A DNA stretch of 17,138 bases from the NCBI RefSeq assembly GCF_006345805.1, contig NW_021824909.1:1-17138 (forward strand), written 5' to 3'. A model generated the notes under the pieces. The model was not told the DNA's origin and ran no database searches. It saw nothing but the letters and a program-made list of their open reading frames with translations. Within the stretch, counting starts at the first letter, position 1, and each line of letters starts with the position of its first letter. This DNA is from Octopus sinensis (Eukaryota). The translations under genes were made by a program, and so were the position numbers. Positions 8,912-17,138 of the stretch are shown here, piece by piece.

Positions 8912-9832
8912 GAAGGGCAGGCTTGTGTATGATGAAAGATTGCAAAGATAAAGCACTATACAAGAAATTGAAAACGAATGAAACTGAAAATAGGTGGGTA
9001 AAGAAAAGAATGCATGGACAATTTCATCGGGATGTTGAAGATAAGACAGAGAAAAAAGATGGCTGTGGATGACTAAAAGTGATTTAAAATCGGAAACGGG
9101 GGCTCTAATCTGTGCTGCCCAAGAGCAAGCAATAAGAACAAACTACATAAAATGCAGAATAGACGACAAAGCAGAAAGTGATAAGTGCAGAATCTGTGGA
9201 CAGAACGGTGAAACCATATGGTATATTACCAACCAATGTACGTCACTAGACCAGAAGGAATATAAGAGACGCTACGACAATATAGCCAGGCTTGTCCATT
9301 GGACACTTTGCAACAAGTATGGACTTGACAGAGCAAAAAATTGGTGCGACCACAAACCTGAAGGCGTCATCGAAAATGGAAATGCAAAGATCCCATGGGG
9401 TTTTATGATTCAGTGCGACCATGAGATAGACATTAGGAAGCCGGACATAGTCTTAATTGAGAAAGAAAACAAACTATGCTGGATCATAGATATAGCATGC
9501 CTAGCTGACAACAAGGTATGCGATAAAGAAGAAAGAAAAGTCGAGAGATATGACAAGTTAGCTTGGGAAGTTAAGCAGTTGTGGTCGAGGAAAAAGGTAG
9601 CAGTAGTACCAATAATTGTTGGAGCCCTGGGAACAGTGAGCAAAAATCTCGATAAGTATGTGGAACAAATTGGGGCTGCAGTAAGGGTGGAGCACTTGCA
9701 GAAAACAGCACTGCTTGAAACCGCTCGAATACTCCGGAAGGTGCTCGAAAAATAAGAGGTGTTACCTTAATTCACTGGTAGTGAAAATCTGGCACTGTAA
9801 TACATATCCAGCGTTAGAAGCTGTGCAAAGGC
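8911..9832 (+). mobile_element. 5'-truncated R4/Dong-clade non-LTR retrotransposon, copy A
   Basis: ENRWVKKRMHGQFHRDV, then a frameshift in an A-run (~9052-9058), then RWLWMTKSDLKSETGALICAAQEQAIRTNY..CRICGQNGETIWYITNQC (CCHC knuckle, H>Y)..RKPDIV..IIDIAC..KEERKVERY (restriction-like endonuclease)..VPIIVGALG..TARILRKVLEK*. A 77 nt 3' UTR and an (AAT)n tail follow. Confidence 0.9.
9069..9755 (+). pseudogene. Uninterrupted 228 aa C-terminal ORF fragment: zinc knuckle + PD-(D/E)xK restriction-like endonuclease
   Basis: ORF-track translation, with KPDIV, DIA and K..RY residues present. It has no RT domain, so it is not autonomous. Confidence 0.85.
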
Positions 9833-9909
<77 letters not shown>

Positions 9910-9919
9910 TAGTAATAAC
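9833..9919. repeat. (AAT)n tail/target tract between copies A and B
   Basis: Seen directly in the sequence. Confidence 0.95.
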
Positions 9920-11065
9920 AATACGTGGGCGATAGCATCACTTCGGTATGGAGCGAGAATCATAAAATGGTAAAAGAGAGAAGTAAAGAAAATGGATACC
10001 AAGATCAGAAAAATGTTGACTGTACATAGAGCTTTCCACCCTAAGTATGAGACCGATAGGCTGTACTTGTCCAGAAGGAAGGGTGTGAGATCAGTTGCCA
10101 GGACTGTATCGAAGCAGACGAAAATGCCGTGGAGCCACTGTTGAAACAGACGAAGGCCGGCGTCATCAAAAGTGAAAATTGCATTACTAAAGAAAAATTT
10201 AAACAAGAAATGATCAAAAGAAAAAATAAAAGCATGGAAGGAAAAGAAAATGTACGGTCAGTTTGCAAGAGATGTGAGAAGCAAGACAGATACAGCGGAC
10301 CGGTGGCTATGGATAGGAGGATTAACCTGAAGGTAGAGACAGAAACTCTCAGGAACAAGCGTTAAGGACCAATTATATGAAGTGCAGAATTGACAACACT
10401 ACCGATAGCGACAAATGCAGAATCTGTGGTGAGAGTGGGGAAACAGTATTGCACGTCATTAGCGAATGCCTGAAATTGGCTCAACGCGAATACGAAAGAC
10501 GTCATGACAATGTGGCAAGAATGATCCACTGGGAACTCTGTGAAAATCACGGCCTACAAAGAGCAAAGACGTGGGATGAGCAAACTCCAGAAAGAGTAAC
10601 CGAAAATGAGAACTGCAAAATCCTGTGGGATACAATGATCCAGTGCGATCACCTGACTAGACATCGGAAACCGGACATTGTTGTGGTGAATCAAAAAGAA
10701 AGAACATGCATGATAATCGACATAGCATGCCCCGGTGAAAACAGGATCAATGTGAAAGAAAAAAAAACAACCATGATGATTTAAAATGGGAAATACGAAG
10801 GTTGTAATCAATGAAGAGAGTAGACGTGATACCAATAGTAATTGGTGCCACACGGAAGTTGCAGCATTCAACTACCAACATGGCTGAAAAAGATTGATAC
10901 AAGTGTGAAGGTAAAACACCTACAAAAATCAGCATAGCTTGGAACTGCAAGAATTCTTTGCAGGATCCTTGAAGCATGACCAGTAAACAAGTGTCATCTT
11001 AGTATGCTGGCTGTGGATAGCTGACACTTTCCATCATACCCAGCAAAATTAAGCTGTGAGTTGTC

Positions 11066-11067
<2 letters not shown>
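9920..11067 (+). mobile_element. 5'-truncated R4/Dong-clade non-LTR retrotransposon, copy B (RT C-terminus to 3' UTR)
   Basis: NTWAIASLRYGARIIKW*KREVKKMDTKIRKMLTVHRAFHPKYETDRLYLSRRKG (RT thumb region), WKEKKMYGQFARDV, QEQALRTNYMKCRID..CRICGESGETVLHVISEC (intact CCHC)..RKPDIVVV..IIDIACP, DLKWEIRRL, VIPIVIGA and LGTARILCRILEA* (stop 10976-10978). Several frameshifts and stops are present. Confidence 0.9.

Positions 11068-11131
<64 letters not shown>
11068..11131. repeat. (AAT)n tail/target tract between copies B and C
   Basis: Seen directly in the sequence. Confidence 0.95.
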
Positions 11132-11663
11132 GCTGTGACTGAGGGAGAAAATGTGTCGATTCTCTAGGACTTCTCCGTACATACCGATAAAACTATAAAA
11201 GCTAATAAACTGAATATTATTATAAAAGATCAGAGAAAAAGATGTGTTTATTAATTGACATGTGTATTCCTTGCGAACACAATATAGCGGCGAAAGAATT
11301 TGACATGATCAGTAAATATAAAGACTTGCTAATAGTAATTGAAAAAATGTGGCATCTCAAGGCGACTACAGTACCAGTGATTGTAGGATCTCTAGGAATG
11401 ATAAAAAAAAGGTACTGAAACCTATTTGAAAATGATACAGGAAGTGTAAAAAATCGTGTTAACTGGAACGACTCATGTACTGAGAAGAGCATTATCGCTG
11501 TAAAAACAATATCCATTCATGAATATATTTATTACTTTTTCAAAATACATATTTCATTTGTGAATTTGCGTGTGTAATCTGGGAATGCATACAATGAGCT
11601 TCTCTGCGCTAGGTGTACGGAAAACACTCGGCGCGAAATGGAAGACAATTTGAAGAAAGAAGG
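11132..11663 (+). mobile_element. 5'-truncated R4/Dong-type retrotransposon, copy C (endonuclease end + 3' UTR), a more distant subfamily
   Basis: AVTEGENVSIL*DFSVHTDKTIKANKLNIIIKD / KMCLLIDMCIPCEHNIAAKEFDMISKYKDLLIVIEKMWHLKATTVPVIVGSLGMIKK / IVLTGTTHVLRRALSL* (stop 11501-11503). It is not in the ORF track because of stops and frameshifts. The ~160 nt UTR ends in (AAC)/(AAT)n. Confidence 0.82.
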
Positions 11664-11712
11664 ACAACAACAATAACAACAACAACAACAATAATAATAA
11701 TAATAATGATAA
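11664..11712. repeat. (AAC)/(AAT)n tail of copy C
   Basis: Seen directly in the sequence. Confidence 0.9.
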
Positions 11713-11714
11713 AT

Positions 11715-11905
11715 AGCTATGACCCAGCCAAACGGCTGGTTACCTAGGGGAGACCAAGAACGAGATGGCTGAATAATTTCTATCGTCTCAGTTGGCTATG
11801 CTTCGGAATCTGGCCTGAAAGTCTAAAGGCAGCTGCTTCTGATAGGACCCTATGCATGAGGATTCTCTCGGTAATAGTGATTGGAGAAGATGGATAGATG
11901 AATAG
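11715..11905 (+). mobile_element. 3' end of an RTE-like LINE
   Basis: One frame reads GRPRTRWLNNFYRLSWLCFGIWPESLKAAASDRTLCMRIL, similar to the RGRP..RW.D....A.DR..WR C-terminus of RTE-type LINE ORFs. It ends in a GATGGATAGATG-type tail. Confidence 0.6.
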
Positions 11906-12289
11906 CTACTATGTATACTATGGCTGCACTAAAAAAATGGATGCGATGCACTACTTCACCTTACCAAGAAACAAAAGTGATTTTCTATTTAACGCTTTAA
12001 AGATTAAGAAAAAAAAAACGAAAAAAACGAAAAATACCATCACCACCACCACCAACAACAATAAAACACAAACTTCTAAGTTGCTTTGATAAACATAAGT
12101 GACGGCTAGATTTGAAGAATTTGTGATTATGGAAGTCAAGAAGTTTGTTGACGTTGTGTGATAGATAAAGATATATATTTGAAAGAGACTGCGAACAATT
12201 ATCAAAGGTAAGGAAGATGAGAGAGCAACACCTAAAACAAATGGTGTTTTAGTAAACATCAGTGAAAAACATCTGCACCGAAGACTATG

Positions 12290-13035
12290 ATCACCACTTG
12301 TCTCCGCCGCCGCCGCCATTACTCCCACCGCTGCCACCGCCACCACCACTACCACCACCACCACAACACCACCACCACCACCACCACCACAACACCACCA
12401 CCACCACCACCACCACTACCACCACCACCACCACTACCTACCACCAACACCAACACCACCACCACAACCATCGTAACTTCCACCAAGGCCTCTTCCAGCA
12501 CGACCACTACCACAACCAATAATAACAACCCCCGTCACACCCAACCACACACCATACCCTCCCATCCCACTCACCACTACCACCACAGAAGTTTCGTCAA
12601 CATCAGCAGCATATTTCGACCAACACCGGCCACCAGTATCGCTCTACCAGCACCACCGCTATTGCTCTAACATCACGCCCCACCACTTTCTCCACTATGT
12701 ATGTATCAACGCCACTACAGTCTCCATTGACATCCTATCCACTATGAAACCACCATCAATACCGCCACCAGTACCATCATCACGAGGATGACAACGCCGA
12801 CGACGACAATGACGACGACAACGACCACCACCACCACCACCACAACCACCATCACCACTACATCGTCTGTAGTAGTACCATCATCAACCATGATTCCATC
12901 AACGCGAAGACGACGACGACCACCACCACTACCACCACCTATACTACAATCACCACCACCACTATTCATAATGAAGATGATGATGATGACGATGATGATG
13001 ATGATGATGATAATGATGATGATGATCATCATCAT
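12290..13035. repeat. Long compound trinucleotide low-complexity region (CCG, CAC, AAC, GAC, GAT)
   Basis: Seen directly; it gives poly-Pro/His/Thr/Met translations in several frames. Confidence 0.9.
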
Positions 13036-13080
13036 TATCGCGCCCATGTGCGACATTAACAGTAACAAAAAAAAAGAAAT

Positions 13081-13150
13081 GGAGAATCGAAACCGCGTTC
13101 TTACGACCGCGAGCCCGTTGCCCTAACCACTGGGCCATTGCGCTTCCACA
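13081..13150 (-). mobile_element. Isolated tRNA-like head of a SINE
   Basis: The - strand TGTGGAAGCGCAATGGCCCAGTGGTTAGGGCAACGGGCTCGCGGTCGTAAGAACGCGGTTTCGATTCTCC has an A box (TGGCCCAGTGG) and a B-box-like GTTTCGATTC, but no acceptor stem. Confidence 0.7.
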
Positions 13151-13420
13151 CCGTTGTCGTTGCTATTGTTATTGTTGTTGTCATTGTTGTTATTGTTGCC
13201 GTTGTCGTTATTGTTGCTGCTGTTATTGTTGTTATTGATTCAACCATTATCAATGAGACTAAAACACACGCACATACCCAAACATACTACACACTCAGAT
13301 ACACAGGACAAATACTGAAATACTCACACACACACACACAGACGCACACATCAACACTCTCTCTCCCTCGCGCACATGCACACACAAACAAAATTACACA
13401 AGAAGAAATACAGGGATAAA

Positions 13421-13473
<53 letters not shown>

Positions 13474-13525
13474 AAGAGTGTGAATGAGAAGGAGGGAGAG
13501 GGAGAGAGAGAGAGAGAGAGAGAGT
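13151..13525. repeat. (GTT)n, (CA)n, (TA)n and (GA)n microsatellites
   Basis: Seen directly in the sequence. Confidence 0.9.
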
Positions 13526-13544
13526 GCTCTTCATATTATAACCA

Positions 13545-13674
13545 GAAGTGGCTCTGATGAAAGTAGCATTAATTTTCTTAGGTTATTCAATTGATCAAAT
13601 AGATCAATTGAGTAAGCGTATCAGTTGTGTACCTATAATGACTACTGGAAACAGCTGTAAGCCAAATTTGCTTC
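13545..13674 (+). ncRNA. Type I hammerhead ribozyme with a greatly extended helix II and palindromic helix III (HHR-2)
   Basis: Helix I TGGCT (13549-13553)/AGCCA (13660-13664) is extendable by GAAG/CTTC. Core CTGATGA is at 13554-13560 and GAAA at 13648-13651. Palindrome ACAGCTGT spans 13651-13658 and the GUA triplet is 13657-13659. Helix II is AGTAG/CTACT, CATTA/TAATG and a 14 bp apical stem TTATTCAATTGATC-AAATA-GATCAATTGAGTAA. Confidence 0.8.
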
Positions 13675-13717
13675 AATAAAGGAAAAATATGCAATGATCA
13701 TAATTTTAAACTTGTTT

Positions 13718-13718
<1 letters not shown>

Positions 13719-13780
<62 letters not shown>

Positions 13781-13830
13781 AGAGAGAGAGAGAGAGAGAA
13801 AGAGAGAGATAGTGTCTGCGTGTGAGAGAG
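13719..13830. repeat. (TA)n/(GA)n microsatellite
   Basis: Seen directly in the sequence. Confidence 0.95.
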
Positions 13831-14334
13831 TGATATGATGTATAAGAAAGAAAGATTTAATGATGTATAAATAGAAAGATTAAATGTAGTTAAGAGTTTA
13901 ATTATTAACAGGCCATTAAACTGCAACACGTTATTACATTGTAGAAAATATAAGTGGGACCAGCTGGCGTGTGTATTCATAACCGGCTAAAATGATCTTT
14001 GCGAGTAACATACTGAGATAGAAAGCAGAAAAGCATAAATTTCACATATAGTTCACACTTTAAATGTGCTTAACAGCTGTTTCGGAAAGTTAAGTATCAC
14101 TAAATGCATTATTACTTCATTCTTATACATGCTTTAAATGTAATTAATTTTGACGAATAAAATACCTGAAGATTTGGGTAAAGACAGCTATTAAAATAAT
14201 TTTATTTAAATTTATTTAAATTTTAATTAATTATGTTTCACAATCATGCTGTTATATACATTTAATGATATGTATTGTAATGAAACAGATGTTGAAACAA
14301 GAACCGTATATAAAACTCATACTTTTCTGCTTAT

Positions 14335-14580
14335 TTTGTGTGTGTGTATACATACATATATATAATATATATATAAATACACACGTATATATATGCATAT
14401 ATATGAATATATATATATATATATATATATATCTATTAAATAATAATTATACATACATACACAGACAGACAGACAGCACACACACAACACACATATATAC
14501 ACACATATTTTTGACTGTAAATATGTTTGAGTGTTTATTATATATTATATTATATATTATATTATATATATATATATATA
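14335..14580. repeat. (TA)/(CA)/(GACA) compound microsatellite
   Basis: Seen directly in the sequence. Confidence 0.85.
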
Positions 14581-14864
14581 CAAAATAAGAAAATGGAGAA
14601 ATACATCTAATAAATATCAATTACCAGATAATACTCAATCACATACTTTATTAAAACCACCACATAAGAAAACTATAGGGTTAAATAAAAAAAGTAGAGC
14701 AAAACAGTGTACATAAAGGAGTATACATAAATCTTTACGTACAGTTTGCTCTACTTTTTTATGTTTAACCCTATAGTTTCTTATGTGGTGCTTTAAAAAG
14801 TATGTGATTGAGGTATCTGGTAATTGATATTTGATTTAGATGTATTTCTCCATTTTCTTATTTG
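14581..14864. mobile_element. Foldback/MITE-like near-perfect palindrome flanked by TA
   Basis: The left arm 14581-14718 (CAAAATAAGAAAATGGAGAAATACATCT...GTACATAAAG) is the reverse complement of the right arm 14733-14864 (CTTTACGTAC...AGATGTATTTCTCCATTTTCTTATTTG), with a few small indels/substitutions. The spacer is 14 nt and TA lies on both sides. Confidence 0.85.
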
Positions 14865-15592
14865 TATTATGAATTTGTGGTATAACATTTTACGCTTGCC
14901 CATATAATACAGTGAATGAATTGATTGCATCGCAATCCTTAACATTTATGTATTAACCTTGTTGGGTACTTCACTAGCAGTATATTGGATATATGTTATC
15001 TCATGGAGGGTTGCATTTACAACCCCTATCTCAATTTGTATATATATATATAGCGCGCGTTTATACATACGTATATGTGCGTGTGTATGTAAGTGTATTT
15101 AGATATATATTCTGTAACAAGTATTTAGTAAGTTTCTTTTATACATTAATCAAAAGAAGACAAAACGCTTATTCTCAACAAACTAATGGAATTCATAATT
15201 TCCTTCGAAACCGTGATAGTTGTTAACATCATGATATAAAACTATTACACAACCACCGTATATTATTGTATGGTAAACAGTGCATATTATAACAACGACA
15301 TATACCATGATACTGTTCGACAAAAGAAAGCAATAGCCAACGACACGGCCAATGACAAACATGCATTCCTTTTTATGCGCGTGCATTTTATTTTTTTATA
15401 GAGTTCACGTGTAAGAACAAAATTATGCGTAGTCATGGAATCGACCTTTGCAACTAAAATACGTAAGCGTACCCTCAATGCACACAAACGTCTCACAGAC
15501 AAAACGCATTAGATTTTTTATCGCTAATTGCGATATTTGCTAATCACCAACATCCTCATAATAGCCGAGCAAGAAAGAAATGGTCGAACGTA

Positions 15593-15632
15593 CTGCAGAG
15601 AAGGTCATGTGACCTTGAAACGTCGTCAATAA
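15593..15632 (+). ncRNA. Decayed minimal type I hammerhead (HHR-3), PLE-terminus-like
   Basis: CTGCAGA (one change from CUGAAGA) at 15593-15599, perfect helix II AAGGTC-ATGT-GACCTT, GAAA 15617-15620, short helix III and a GUC triplet at 15625-15627. Helix I does not pair well. Confidence 0.45.
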
Positions 15633-15859
15633 TGAGAGAGCTAAATATTCCCAGTTGTGGGATGTGGGAAGGAGCAAAGTGGCAGTGGTGGAGAGAATGT
15701 GTGGTGATATTTCCAATAAGCTCTTAATGATTAAGATATAGCAAGAAATATGGGAAATTTAAATTAAAATATATAATGACTAAAGACAGACGTGCTGCTA
15801 ATATGTCCCAGAGGAAAGTTACTCCCTACATGGCCGAATATGTCTAAGCATACATGTAT

Positions 15860-16400
15860 GTATGCATATAGGTATATTATGTATGCACATAATGTACGTA
15901 TGCATTTACACACACAAACACACACACACAACACATGTATATGCATGGGTGTGTAAATATGTATTCGTTTATATCTATGTATATCTACATGTATGTATAG
16001 ACGTGTATATATACATATACACATATATATATTTATATATATATGTATATATATATATATATATAAATGTATATATGAATGTATGTATGTATGTGTAGTA
16101 TATATATTATATATATTATATATATATATATATATATAGATATATATATAATATATAAGACATTGTAATCACTAACTTAATTCATAATTATATATGCACG
16201 TGTGTGTATTATATACATATACGTTTATGTATAGAAATACGTATACACGTACATATGCATGTATGGGTGTATATGAATGTGGTTTTTGGTGTATATGGCT
16301 TTTGTGGGTCTTATGTTACATGTTTATCTGTACATATATGTATATGTGTGTGTGTGGGTATGTGTGAGTGTGTGTTTGTGTGTGTGTGTGCTTGTGTGTG
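15860..16400. repeat. (TA)/(TG)/(CA)/(TATG) compound microsatellite region
   Basis: Seen directly in the sequence. Confidence 0.9.
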
Positions 16401-16517
16401 TACGTAAGTAAGCGTGCGTTTTGCACAGTTCCTGTAAAAAAAAAACAATTAGATGGCGGCATAAGAAAGCAGTGAAAAGTGAGAAAGACAATGCCACAGT
16501 ATAAGAATACAAAATTG

Positions 16518-16540
16518 AGCGAGAGAAAGAAAGAGAGAGA

Positions 16541-16577
<37 letters not shown>

Positions 16578-16630
16578 GAGAGTGAGTGAAAGATAGAACA
16601 AAGACAGTGAGAAAGAGTGTGAGAAAGGTG
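16518..16630. repeat. (GA)n-rich polypurine tract
   Basis: Seen directly in the sequence. Confidence 0.9.
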
Positions 16631-16769
16631 ATTGAATGGTGGTGAAATAGATAACATTCGTATAAAACATTCGTATAAAACAATGATAAGGCATCAGAAA
16701 ATGGTCGAAAACAATAAAACTAAATAAATCGTTATTTCAATGGATGCATTATATATTAATTTGTATGCC

Positions 16770-16838
16770 TTATTTATACATATCATATTTGTATATGTTG
16801 ATATATATAATATATAATATATACAATGTATATGTACA

Positions 16839-16907
<69 letters not shown>

Positions 16908-16980
16908 GTATATAAGTGTAATGCTTATGCGTGTATATATATATGCATATATACACATACATATATATACGTGTCCTATC

Positions 16981-17015
<35 letters not shown>

Positions 17016-17138
17016 GATCTATATATCTATCTATCTATCTATCTATCTATCTCTATCTATATGTCTATCCGTTTATGTGCGTCTGTATGTATATATATAT
17101 ATACATACGTATATATATTATATATATATATATATATA
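16770..17138. repeat. (TA)n/(TATC)n compound microsatellite
   Basis: Seen directly in the sequence. Confidence 0.95.

Noticed and set aside
9410-11516. Several - strand ORFs over the R4/Dong copies
   Set aside because: They are antisense shadows of retrotransposon coding sequence.
8796-11712. Repeat-spacer-repeat pattern suggestive of a CRISPR-like array
   Set aside because: The repeats are simple (AAT)n tracts of variable length and the spacers are 0.5-1.1 kb retrotransposon 3' ends.
12190-12215. AAAG|GTAAGG splice-donor-like site
   Set aside because: Upstream frames contain stops and no acceptor or recognisable exon could be paired with it.
12262-13126. Poly-Pro/His/Thr ORFs resembling mucin, extensin or His-rich proteins
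   Set aside because: All frames and both strands are open because of CAC/GAC/GAT repeats; there is no convincing splice structure or non-repetitive coding segment.
13081-13150. Possible tRNA gene
   Set aside because: It has A/B boxes but no acceptor stem or complete cloverleaf; it is better explained as a SINE head.
16654-16679. 13 bp tandem duplication ACATTCGTATAAA x2
   Set aside because: Only two units, no spacer; ordinary slippage, not CRISPR-like.
91-17138. Dozens of ORF-track entries rich in IY/YI, VC/MY, HT, poly-N/L/I or SL repeats
   Set aside because: They are translations of di-, tri- and tetranucleotide microsatellites, which lack stop codons in several frames; there is no domain content.

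Overview
AT-rich, repeat-saturated eukaryotic non-coding DNA (intergenic or deep intronic). It is most likely from an octopus/cephalopod genome; this is inferred from the SINE families and the (AAT)n/(TA)n/(TATG)n load, not from a database search. No host exon, rRNA, true tRNA or CRISPR is supported, and most ORF-track entries are microsatellite translations. The window holds two decayed Penelope-like elements (PLEs) of different lineages: a C-terminal/GIY-YIG piece at ~1455-2118 (-) and an RT+GIY-YIG piece at ~7068-8795 (+), plus a possible third endonuclease relic at ~6270-6530. Three different 5'-truncated R4/Dong-type non-LTR retrotransposons (CCHC knuckle + restriction-like endonuclease) are stacked head-to-tail and separated by (AAT)n tracts (8911-11712). 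There are also an RTE-like LINE 3' end, about ten tRNA-derived SINE copies or fragments of several families, a Helentron-associated non-autonomous element, and a ~284 bp TA-flanked near-perfect palindrome (MITE/foldback). Not explained by the ORF track are three + strand type I hammerhead-ribozyme folds. The best (13545-13674) has intact CUGAUGA/GAAA/GUA cores, a palindromic helix III and an unusually long (~87 nt) helix II, and lies far from any PLE ORF. All coordinates were read by eye and element ends are approximate.
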